The position numbers and the translations under genes are program-made. 64,000 nucleotides of DNA from a virus. Below, in pieces: positions 1-8,373 of this stretch; position 1 is the first letter of the stretch; every line of letters begins with the position of its first letter. The notes beneath the pieces were generated by a model, which worked only from the letters and a program-made list of their open reading frames with translations, ran no database searches and was not told where the DNA came from. The stretch covers positions 1 through 64,000 of IMG/VR virus record IMGVR_UViG_3300029448_007456; one strand, written 5' to 3'.

Positions 1-248
1 TCTCGATCTGTTTCACCAGCAACCATTGATTTATAACCGTCTAACTCTTTCATCAGTTTGGCCAAAACCATTTTGTCTGCACTATCCAATTCACGTGCTT
101 CTTGCACTGGCGCATCAGTAGATGCTTGTGGTTGCAACTTGTTGAATTCATCACGTGACTGTTGCACAACCATTGAATGAAATGTTTCTTTGGCAGCCGC
201 TTCATCACCGGCCACTAGTTGGTCTAAAACTTTATCCAGGTCGCTCAT
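1..248 (-). CDS. Prohead core/scaffold-like protein (partial, runs off window start)
   Basis: Manually translated MSDLDKVLDQLVAGDEAAAKETFHSMVVQQSRDE..., resembling the T4 gp67-like N-terminus; not in ORF track. Confidence 0.45.
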   Translation of the reverse strand, partial: MSDLDKVLDQLVAGDEAAAKETFHSMVVQQSRDEFNKLQPQASTDAPVQEARELDSADKMVLAKLMKELDGYKSMVAGETDR

Positions 249-533
249 TTATTCTCCAGCCTTTGATATTGTAATGTAATATTTCGATCCTTCAAATGTA
301 AATGAATCATCTGCACTATCGATTTCAGCACCCAGTGTTGCAAGACTTTCTTGGATGTTGGATTTGATAGCAAGGATTTTTTTTGCATCTGCTTCACCAA
401 GTTTTTCTGCCTCAGCTGCAATGTCATCTAATGCTTTGTAGAGTTGACCTGAACGTTCTGGTGATGCTGTGAGGTCAATAAGATCTAACTTGTTGGTGAT
501 GTTTTTGAGTGTGTCTGCGTATTTGTTAGTCAT
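249..533 (-). CDS. Hypothetical phage protein
   Basis: ORF 249..554; likely start MTNKY at 533, overlapping the upstream stop. Confidence 0.5.
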   Translation of the reverse strand: MTNKYADTLKNITNKLDLIDLTASPERSGQLYKALDDIAAEAEKLGEADAKKILAIKSNIQESLATLGAEIDSADDSFTFEGSKYYITISKAGE

Positions 534-2013
534 TTCTAACCATTTCACAACCACCGAATGTGGAAGTTACTTCTCCAAACAGTTTAGAACCTAAATCTTC
601 ATACATGGCTTTGATCTTGTCAACAGCGTCAACATAATTCTCAAAGAAGTTTGCATCATTGAGATCCAAGTTGTTTAAATTGTGTTTGATTGGAAATGAC
701 CCATTGCCGTCTCTGGATAGATATGGAACTTCACCAGCTCCTACTTGTCCAACAATTTCATCTTCTACTATGTGATATGCAACTCTGTATGGTGTGGTGT
801 CACCTTCCCATGCCCCATCTTCAGCAACAAGTCCTTCATGACCTTTGCCAACAACTTCTGCAACCACAAAACGTGATCCGTCATACATGTTTTCATCTGC
901 AATCACTCTGGCTGAAGCAGTTAATCCTAGTTGTGCTTGTTTGCCACCAATCAACATTAATTCATATTGTTTGTTTAATTCAGCAATTAAAGAATCTGTG
1001 TCTGAATCTGAATCTTCTGATTTCTTTTTTTCTTTGTCCTTGAGTGCCTTTTTCATTGGCTCTTTTTTATCGCCATCTTTGTCAAAGTCTAAGTAGTCAG
1101 GCTTGCCATGTTTGGCTTCATCAACTTCTGCATCTTCTGGCAGTGGGTTGTCGCCTCTTGATGCCGCTGAAGGTCCCATGTCTTTGTTTGGCACTACATT
1201 TCTTTTGAGTTCATAATCGTCTTTGTCTAAAAACTTTTCATTTGGTTCGTTGTCATATGCTTCTGCTTCTGGCTCAGGTGCATCCATGTCAGGTGCATCC
1301 ATGTCTGGTGCATCAGGATTCATGTCCATAGCAGGTGCATCCATTGAGGGTTTGTTTTGGATATTCATCTGTTGTGGGTCAAGTCCTGCATTCTTTAAGA
1401 TAGCCATAAGAGCAATTTGATCTTCCAGTGTGTCTGTCTGAATACTGATGCCCTCACTCAGTTTCTGTTTTTTGTTGTCGTTCATTGTTGATTCTCCTAT
1501 GGATTGTGTGTCATCCTTCATTGCCATTTTTGTTGCTGTGGCATACATCACTGCATCAGCATCTTTACCGTATCGTTTTTTGAAACCTGCTTTGTCTGAT
1601 TTCATTGACTTTACAACCTTTTCTCTTTTGTCCATTTCGCCTTTGGTCATTGATCTTCCTGTGGTGCTGTGTTCGCCACCATGCTTTTCTTCTAGATCAT
1701 CTTCCATTGGTTCATCCTGTGTTGGATTTTGCAGATAATTTTTGACAGATGTTAATTTCTCAGCTGCAACAGCAATCTTGTTGGTCAACCAAGTGTCTAA
1801 GTTTTCACCGCCTGGTCTGTCTTTGAACATTTGATACAGCGCCATAGCATCTTTGGCTATTTGTGCTGTTTTGGCCTGCATAGAATCTGTGTCTGTGTGA
1901 CCATCTTCTGTCTGCTGATCCAAGTATTCTTGATATGTTTTTGGCTCTTCTACTAAATTAATCGCATTAAGAGCCTGCTTCATGTAACTAACTGAATTCT
2001 TATCTACTGACAT
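526..2013 (-). CDS. Acidic low-complexity head-associated/internal protein
   Basis: Modules typical of T4-like head proteins (WLTNKIAVAAEKL; GFKKRYGKDADAVMYATATKMA; DFDKDGDKKEPMKKA), PDMDA repeats, TAAATA 5 nt upstream. Confidence 0.5.
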   Translation of the reverse strand: MSVDKNSVSYMKQALNAINLVEEPKTYQEYLDQQTEDGHTDTDSMQAKTAQIAKDAMALYQMFKDRPGGENLDTWLTNKIAVAAEKLTSVKNYLQNPTQDEPMEDDLEEKHGGEHSTTGRSMTKGEMDKREKVVKSMKSDKAGFKKRYGKDADAVMYATATKMAMKDDTQSIGESTMNDNKKQKLSEGISIQTDTLEDQIALMAILKNAGLDPQQMNIQNKPSMDAPAMDMNPDAPDMDAPDMDAPEPEAEAYDNEPNEKFLDKDDYELKRNVVPNKDMGPSAASRGDNPLPEDAEVDEAKHGKPDYLDFDKDGDKKEPMKKALKDKEKKKSEDSDSDTDSLIAELNKQYELMLIGGKQAQLGLTASARVIADENMYDGSRFVVAEVVGKGHEGLVAEDGAWEGDTTPYRVAYHIVEDEIVGQVGAGEVPYLSRDGNGSFPIKHNLNNLDLNDANFFENYVDAVDKIKAMYEDLGSKLFGEVTSTFGGCEMVRND

Positions 2014-2024
2014 GTGAGTATTTA

Positions 2025-3107
2025 TTAGAAGCGAGCCTTGAAACTGCTCATAAATGGGCCTTGATCAAGGAAGTTACGCAGATATCCATACTTGTTAAAG
2101 GTAGATCTCACTTCAAAAATTAGTTTTTTAGATATTCTATCAAACACTTGTATAGAAGGATTCACTGCTTTTTGGATATAACGCACATCAATCTCTGAAG
2201 ATTTTATGGCTTTCTTTAGTTCCTTAATAGATTTGGCTGAAAGGACATTGTATCCTTTGTCGTCGAATTCAACAACGTCAACAAAGTCGTCATCTCCTAC
2301 AAATTCTTTTTGTATTGCATTTGCTAGATTACCTAACAACTTGTATTCTTTTTTCTCATCTGTGCGTTCATTTGCAAACGCTTTTTTCATTATTCTAGTC
2401 ATTGTTGAATATATGTCTGCAACTACAGGTTTGCCAATTTCAATTGCTTGTAGTGTATCATTTTTACGCATTTGTTCAAACTGACTAAACTTTTTTTCAT
2501 GCTTTGCAATAACTGACTGCACCTCATTGGAAAAGCCAAGAATCCCAAACAGTTTAGTAAATGGAACTTTACCAAATCCTGATGCTTGTCCGAATTTTTT
2601 GCTAGCCACTTTGAGACTTAAATTTAGTCTAGATAAAGGTTCAGTTATTTCGTTGCCTTCATTGTCTTTATAAGTTACCTTTGCTGACATGTCAATCTTT
2701 GCACCCTGTGTGCCTACAACATCAATAGATACAGAATCTTTTCTTTTATTGTTGTGAATAAACTCTACTTGCTCAACAATTTGTGCATTTGCATAATTGA
2801 TTGCTTGCTTTGTTATGCCTGTGAATATACCACCCATGTAATTAGACTTATCAATAACACAATCAATTACGTCTTGTTTTGCTTGTACCATAAGGTTAAA
2901 AACATCCTGTTTAGTTTTCTGTTGTCTTTGAATAGGAGTAACATTAGGAAGTTTGGTTAAAAAAGCAACTAATTGTTGTTCAGTGATTGGTTTGTTTTGT
3001 AATAACCTAAAATAAACTGCACACGCCAACACAACTTCTTGAGCATCGCCTCTATTACAAGTGCGATTCTGTTCGTTGATTCTTGTGCCTATGTCAGTGT
3101 ATCTCAT
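2025..3107 (-). CDS. Hypothetical protein, possible PD-(D/E)xK nuclease fold
   Basis: 360 aa; E...KID...SLK arrangement; fold is inference. Confidence 0.35.
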   Translation of the reverse strand: MRYTDIGTRINEQNRTCNRGDAQEVVLACAVYFRLLQNKPITEQQLVAFLTKLPNVTPIQRQQKTKQDVFNLMVQAKQDVIDCVIDKSNYMGGIFTGITKQAINYANAQIVEQVEFIHNNKRKDSVSIDVVGTQGAKIDMSAKVTYKDNEGNEITEPLSRLNLSLKVASKKFGQASGFGKVPFTKLFGILGFSNEVQSVIAKHEKKFSQFEQMRKNDTLQAIEIGKPVVADIYSTMTRIMKKAFANERTDEKKEYKLLGNLANAIQKEFVGDDDFVDVVEFDDKGYNVLSAKSIKELKKAIKSSEIDVRYIQKAVNPSIQVFDRISKKLIFEVRSTFNKYGYLRNFLDQGPFMSSFKARF

Positions 3108-3229
3108 TTTTTAAGTCCTTTGCTTGGGTCTTTGACCAACACAACTTTACCATTTTTGGTCTTTACCCTGTAAGGATAACGCAGAGTCGAATTACTGTAA
3201 CCCATTTTGGCGAACTCTTGTAATCGCAT
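3104..3229 (-). CDS. Small basic protein (41 aa)
   Basis: Manual translation MRLQEFAKMGYSNSTLRYPYRVKTKNGKVVLVKDPSKGLKK; TAAATA 5 nt upstream; ATGA overlap with next gene. Confidence 0.6.
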   Translation of the reverse strand: MRLQEFAKMGYSNSTLRYPYRVKTKNGKVVLVKDPSKGLKK

Positions 3230-3244
3230 GCGTGTATTTAACTA

Positions 3245-3688
3245 TTAAGATTGTATGCGTGGTTTGAGAGACTGGTCGATTAAGCCATCTGAGGCTTTAC
3301 TCTCCAGCAAACCAACATACACAGAGACTAATCTTCCAGTGGGCCCCATCACAGTGGCCTGCCACAGTTCTCCATTTTGTTTGTCACCATACAAATCAGG
3401 ATACACAGCAAGTTTCTCGACCAGTTGCACAGTATATCTGTAACTGCCGTCAAACACACATTCGCCTAACTGCAATGCAGAATACCATACTTGATCAGCC
3501 AGTTCATCATCTTCTTTGGTCTTTTCCGCCATCAAGTCTGCCATTACTTCCAACACATTAGATGTATTACACATGGACACCACTCTGGCAAAGTCGCCTG
3601 CGTGCCATTTGTCATCTTGTGCTGTCAAAGTATTAAAAGTAAGTAGGTAAGTTATAATAACTGATAAAAATATTTTTTTCATGTACAC
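3245..3688 (-). CDS. Secreted/periplasmic hypothetical protein
   Basis: N-terminal signal peptide (KKIFLSVIITYLLTFNTLTA). Confidence 0.55.
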   Translation of the reverse strand: MYMKKIFLSVIITYLLTFNTLTAQDDKWHAGDFARVVSMCNTSNVLEVMADLMAEKTKEDDELADQVWYSALQLGECVFDGSYRYTVQLVEKLAVYPDLYGDKQNGELWQATVMGPTGRLVSVYVGLLESKASDGLIDQSLKPRIQS

Positions 3689-3766
3689 ATATATTTAATT
3701 TTTGTTACATGTGTTTTACTGCAAAATTGGCAGGATTGTGTGCATAACAGCTATGCAAAAAAGTTA

Positions 3767-4249
3767 TTAGTTAGCACCCACGTGTGTGGCGCCCATGGCC
3801 TTGCCATCACGTGCAATCTTGTTCATACGCATGATAACATCATTGAAGTAACCTTGTCGCTTGCCGCCGGATATACTAGTCATGCCTCCTGGCATTTTTT
3901 CAACTTCAGCATCCTGCGCCGCGGATGGTTTGCCTATGTTCTTTTGCAACCATTGTGTTGCACGGGCAATGAATTCATCTATAGGAATACTGCCGCTATA
4001 CACATCATAACCTAGTGCATCAAACACTTCTCCTGCATTAACATTTGATAGATTAAGTGCATGTTCTGGATTGTATTTTGGATTAGCAAAATCTTTGGGA
4101 TCACCGTCGAAGCCACGATCATAAACAGCATCTTGATATCTGTCTTCGTCACCAGTGACCATGCTGAAATAGTTTTCACCTGGATTTTTTTTGTATGCAT
4201 GAAAACTCATGCTTTCAGATATATTATTATTAATCTCGTGTAGTCTCAT
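3767..4249 (-). CDS. Hypothetical phage protein
   Basis: 160 aa ORF in coupled operon; MRLHEI N-terminus. Confidence 0.6.
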   Translation of the reverse strand: MRLHEINNNISESMSFHAYKKNPGENYFSMVTGDEDRYQDAVYDRGFDGDPKDFANPKYNPEHALNLSNVNAGEVFDALGYDVYSGSIPIDEFIARATQWLQKNIGKPSAAQDAEVEKMPGGMTSISGGKRQGYFNDVIMRMNKIARDGKAMGATHVGAN

Positions 4250-4784
4250 TTTTTGACGCTGCCTGTAATTGTTTCACTGTATTATTTACCGTGCCATTGG
4301 TATGCTGGATGCCTATTCCGCCTGCAGACTGCCATTTCTTGATGTTGTAGCCAAAGTCATCTATTAATATATTTGGTGTGCCATCTGCCTGTTTTGCATA
4401 CATGCCTTTGTCTCCAGTGGCTGTCATTATGATAACTTCATTTGGTTGTGGTTGTAAATTGGTTTGCACCCATTGTTTTTTTTGTGTAACCACACGTTTA
4501 TCACCGGCTAATGCTTTGGAAAGTATTTTGTATTGTCCATTGAACAAAACTTTTATTGCAGACATCAACTTGGGCACATCTGACAACACATCAAGGTTAA
4601 TCCAAAAATCTTTTTGTTTGGCAATGTCTCTCAACACCTTACTCACAGTGTCTTTGGATGCATCTTTCCAGGATGACACTCCTGCCATTTGGTTAAATGG
4701 TCCATAAAAGTCAGCAACCACACCGTCCATGTCAACATATAATATAGGCGATTTAACCGTGGTTTCTAGTTCATACAGTATCAT
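4230..4784 (-). CDS. HAD-family 5'(3')-deoxyribonucleotidase
   Basis: YVDMDGVVADF motif I and ILIDD motif IV. Confidence 0.85.
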   Translation of the reverse strand: MILYELETTVKSPILYVDMDGVVADFYGPFNQMAGVSSWKDASKDTVSKVLRDIAKQKDFWINLDVLSDVPKLMSAIKVLFNGQYKILSKALAGDKRVVTQKKQWVQTNLQPQPNEVIIMTATGDKGMYAKQADGTPNILIDDFGYNIKKWQSAGGIGIQHTNGTVNNTVKQLQAASKNETTRD

Positions 4785-5635
4785 TTTAAACGCAATGCTT
4801 TCATAATCTTGCCCAATGTTTTTTTGTTAACATCTGCTGTGGTATTCTGTTTGGTGACAATACCAACACCGGCAGCTTCTTCAGGATTACGTTGCGTTAC
4901 TGGCGGCACATTTGATCTTTGTTTGTCTTTGGGATCAGTTTCTCTAGCGCCTCGTGCCTTAGCCGCTTTGCTCAATCTTCCTTTGACAAGATTACCTGTC
5001 TTGGTAAAATATGTGCCACGTGGTGCTTCTTTGGTTTCCACCTGTTTGATGTAGTCTTTCAGTGATTCTTTAATGCCCATGGCTTGTCTTAGGGTGTTGT
5101 AAATTTTTCTTTTGGTATCTTCAGAGCCAGCAAACATTGTGGCAAAGCCATCAAAGTCTCCTTGCACTGCGGCTTCACGTGCCTTGGATGCTGATACACC
5201 TTCTAATGTGTCTGCATCTGGATCTCTTGTGCCTGCTGATACAACATTGATGGTGTCAAATGTGTATTCTTTGCCATTGTATTTGTTTAATAAATCTTCA
5301 AATGCACTGACTCTGTCACTGCCAGCAACCATGGTTACATTTTTGTGTCCTGCTGTTTCTAAAAACTTCATCACATCAATGATTGTTCTAATGCTGGTGT
5401 CATTGATTATTCTATCTGCCATTTCTGGAAACTGTGCGTCTATAATTGCAATCTTTTGATTTCTTGATAATGGATTTTTCTTGTTGTCTTGTGTAGGCGA
5501 CACAAATACAAAATGCACGTCACTCACAGATGCAAGTTTGTCATACAATTTTTTATGACCTATTGTGGGAGGATTAAATCTACCAAAGACAAATGCCGCT
5601 GTGCTATGTTCTACTTCTGTGAGTTTCATCGTCAA
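4781..5635 (-). CDS. Cytidyltransferase-like (HIGH-fold) nucleotidyltransferase
   Basis: FGRFNPPTIGH, VAGSDR, SASKAR motifs of the T4-like phage family. Confidence 0.8.
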   Translation of the reverse strand: MTMKLTEVEHSTAAFVFGRFNPPTIGHKKLYDKLASVSDVHFVFVSPTQDNKKNPLSRNQKIAIIDAQFPEMADRIINDTSIRTIIDVMKFLETAGHKNVTMVAGSDRVSAFEDLLNKYNGKEYTFDTINVVSAGTRDPDADTLEGVSASKAREAAVQGDFDGFATMFAGSEDTKRKIYNTLRQAMGIKESLKDYIKQVETKEAPRGTYFTKTGNLVKGRLSKAAKARGARETDPKDKQRSNVPPVTQRNPEEAAGVGIVTKQNTTADVNKKTLGKIMKALRLK

Positions 5636-5876
5636 TCATTTCTTGATATACATTTATAGCAACTTGCTTTTTAAGTTCTGGTGTGATTGCAGTATAAGGC
5701 ACTTTAGACGCTTTGCTGAACTTCATACATGCATTATCAACAAGTTCCATGACACGTGATTGATTGTTTGGATTTTTACGCATGTATTGTTGCATGGGCA
5801 CAAAATGCCTTCTATACATGTCATCATCATTGAAAAGATATTCTGTAACTGCTGTGCTCAAGGATTCGTCATGCAT
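5604..5876 (-). CDS. Hypothetical phage protein
   Basis: 90 aa; TAAATA 7 nt upstream. Confidence 0.55.
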   Translation of the reverse strand: MHDESLSTAVTEYLFNDDDMYRRHFVPMQQYMRKNPNNQSRVMELVDNACMKFSKASKVPYTAITPELKKQVAINVYQEMIDDETHRSRT

Positions 5877-5889
5877 GATAAATTATTTA

Positions 5890-6294
5890 TTAAAAAAGTT
5901 TCTCCAGTAACCACTGCTCTATAGGCATATCAAATGCAAATTCTGTGGTGGCATTTTGATACAATCCTGTGGTGGAAGATCTTTCGAGAATCTGTGTTAG
6001 GTTGATTTCGTCAATCACAAGTTTTTGTAGTGTAATGAATGAATCTTCAACAATCTGTCCAGCGTCGTTGACCACAGTGTTATCGTGGTCTTTGTTGAAT
6101 AACCTAAATTTTATTACATTGTGTTTGGCTAGTATCACTTTTTTGTTAAGTGTATTGTGTGTATGGCCAGACACATCTAGATTGATTGAATGATCGTTGA
6201 CCAATATTTCCAAATACAATGGATGTTTGATCCAATTGTGGGTGTAAGTTACACTAAAGTTGACACTATGTTTTATAGGTAAATTCGTATCCAC
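5890..6294 (-). CDS. Hypothetical protein (resembles 51328..51897)
   Basis: Shared pattern NTVVND..QIVEDSFITLQKLVIDEINL vs [26 protein letters not shown]. Confidence 0.5.
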   Translation of the reverse strand: MDTNLPIKHSVNFSVTYTHNWIKHPLYLEILVNDHSINLDVSGHTHNTLNKKVILAKHNVIKFRLFNKDHDNTVVNDAGQIVEDSFITLQKLVIDEINLTQILERSSTTGLYQNATTEFAFDMPIEQWLLEKLF

Positions 6295-6454
6295 TTTTAT
6301 TTCCTACATATAATCCTGGTTTGGTTTTTTTCATATCCAGTTTGATGTCACCTGGTTGTAGGGCCACAGTCAACCATCCGTCTGTGTGATTGACTATTCG
6401 TGCTTCCACTAACTGATCATTGTCAGTGCAGTGTATTTTAATATCATCTTGCAT
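6266..6454 (-). CDS. Small hypothetical protein
   Basis: 62 aa; sigma70-like promoter directly upstream. Confidence 0.6.
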   Translation of the reverse strand: MQDDIKIHCTDNDQLVEARIVNHTDGWLTVALQPGDIKLDMKKTKPGLYVGNKSGYEFTYKT

Positions 6455-6492
6455 ACATTTATTTTACTACAAATAAACATTGTGTCAATGTG

Positions 6493-6843
6493 TTATTTTT
6501 GAAAACCAACAGTATCTCTGCAGATGTCTTTTTCTGGAAATTCTGCCCAGTACAGTTCATATGCCACAGCATCTTCCAAACATTCAAATTGATGTAGCAG
6601 TCCTGGTTTTACTTTGGTGTAGTCACCTGCTTTGAGCACAGTTTCATCACAGAGATCATAGTCTTTTTGCCACACTCTGATTAACAGCGATCCTGATTCT
6701 ACAAAGAATCCATTCCATTTGTATTCATGTAAATGTTTAGAACACACGCCACCTGCTTTGGTAACGATTCTGTGAAACTCAAGCACACCGTTGCGTTCAA
6801 CTAGTTCTGTGGTTCCCCACACTTTGCCTGATACATAACTCAT
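6493..6843 (-). CDS. Cupin-domain protein
   Basis: KVWG...CSKHLH...KPGLLHQF cupin motifs. Confidence 0.75.
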   Translation of the reverse strand: MSYVSGKVWGTTELVERNGVLEFHRIVTKAGGVCSKHLHEYKWNGFFVESGSLLIRVWQKDYDLCDETVLKAGDYTKVKPGLLHQFECLEDAVAYELYWAEFPEKDICRDTVGFQK

Positions 6844-6867
6844 GCAAATAGTTATAGAAAGGTTTTT

Positions 6868-7731
6868 TTAACGGGTTTTGATCTGAGTACCACAATGCTT
6901 TAAACATTTTGGATAAAACTTTTTGGTTTCAAACGTATGTTTGATATCTTCAGGAGTGTATGACTTGTTGTAAACATAACAGCATGGATGTAGGTTGCCA
7001 TATGCAGACAGATACATGCTAGGATATGCTAGGTGCATACAATTTTTTTCAAACACAGTGACACCAGGATCACTTGCAAATGTTTCTAGAGAATTATCAA
7101 AACCAACATTTTTGATAGCAAGTTCTTGGCCTGTCTTGTAATGATAACTTTTTTTGTCACTTCTGATATTTTTAAGCACTTTAAAATCAGCAAAGTTCAT
7201 TTCTTGTGACAAGTTATAGCACTCAACCACATCATCCTTGTTGTGTGCAAACATAATAAATTGCCATATAGCTCTCCCTCCAGATTGTATAAACGTATCT
7301 GCGTTTTGAATTATTTTGTTATAACTTGTGCCTTGCCTGTAATAGCTGTGATTTTGTTCAGTGCCGTCAATGGCAAACCATACTTCAAGATTAATGTGTT
7401 TGGTTTTTTCTGCCAACTGCTTCCACCAGTGTTTTGTTCTTAGACTGCCGTTTGTGTTTACAGTGACATTTGTAATTTTGTCATAATTTAATACACATTC
7501 CAATTGTTTGTCAAAATTTTTGGCTGCCAAAGGATCGCCAAGATTACCACAGAACTGAATTGTGTGCAAACTAGGACTGTCTTCAACCACTTGTTGTAAT
7601 CTTTTGAGATTTAGATCTGTTATTTGCACATGTGATGCAAGACCAAAACCTTGATTGTTGCGTGGACAAAAAGGACACCAAGCATTACATCTTGTGGTGG
7701 ATTCCACGTGCAACCAAACAATGTTGCTCAT
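6868..7731 (-). CDS. Radical SAM protein with Cys-rich (twitch/SPASM-like) C-terminus
   Basis: CNAWCPFC, GNLGDP, TNG, C-terminal PCC...CLKHC. Confidence 0.85.
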   Translation of the reverse strand: MSNIVWLHVESTTRCNAWCPFCPRNNQGFGLASHVQITDLNLKRLQQVVEDSPSLHTIQFCGNLGDPLAAKNFDKQLECVLNYDKITNVTVNTNGSLRTKHWWKQLAEKTKHINLEVWFAIDGTEQNHSYYRQGTSYNKIIQNADTFIQSGGRAIWQFIMFAHNKDDVVECYNLSQEMNFADFKVLKNIRSDKKSYHYKTGQELAIKNVGFDNSLETFASDPGVTVFEKNCMHLAYPSMYLSAYGNLHPCCYVYNKSYTPEDIKHTFETKKFYPKCLKHCGTQIKTR

Positions 7732-7732
7732 A

Positions 7733-8083
7733 CTAAAAGTTTAATTGGATTTTGGTTACAGATCCTGTGGTAACAGTCACTGAAGATCTTAACCACACAA
7801 AGTTGCCAGTGAAGTTTTTGAATGTGGTAGCAACCACAGATGAACCATCTCCTACTTCTGTGTCGTCTATGTCAAACCAATCAACAGCATTGTCAGGATC
7901 AGTTGCTAAAGATCCCTGCATTTTAATTGTTCCTACAAAATCAGACGAACAAATGTATGCCACTGTATGAAGTCCGTCTGCATTTCCAAAGTAGCCGTCT
8001 GCTTTGACTTTATCTGACACTGTTGCGGCTGTTGAATCTGATGCGTCGACTTGTGATTGCACTGTTGTTGATACTGTTGGCAT
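7733..8083 (-). CDS. Virion structural protein (putative)
   Basis: Ser/Thr-rich beta protein ending FTGNFVWLR; late motif 5 nt upstream. Confidence 0.5.
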   Translation of the reverse strand: MPTVSTTVQSQVDASDSTAATVSDKVKADGYFGNADGLHTVAYICSSDFVGTIKMQGSLATDPDNAVDWFDIDDTEVGDGSSVVATTFKNFTGNFVWLRSSVTVTTGSVTKIQLNF

Positions 8084-8091
8084 GCGTATAT

Positions 8092-8373
8092 TTATTGCAT
8101 CTCTGGATAGAGTCTTGTGATCGTTGCTTCATCCATGCCATTAAGTTGATGCACTTTAGATGCTCCTATGATGTATTCATGTAGATTTTCTGGATCACAG
8201 CCTTTGATGTAAACAGTGCCTTTGGGTGTTTGAGCACAATCTTCATACAACAGATCTTTGGTTACTATGACCGGTTGTCCTCCTATGCCTGGAGCATTTA
8301 TTGTGGCATTCACCATGCAATTGTTCGTTACATAATTGTTTTTGATCATATATTCAATAATTTTTGATTTCAT
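8092..8373 (-). CDS. Hypothetical protein
   Basis: 93 aa ORF with SD (AGGAG), abutting clpA stop. Confidence 0.55.
   Translation of the reverse strand: MKSKIIEYMIKNNYVTNNCMVNATINAPGIGGQPVIVTKDLLYEDCAQTPKGTVYIKGCDPENLHEYIIGASKVHQLNGMDEATITRLYPEMQ

Noticed and set aside
3741-3757. TGCATA/TATGCA hairpin as a terminator
   Set aside because: Short AT-rich stem with the U-tract on the wrong side for the minus-strand operon
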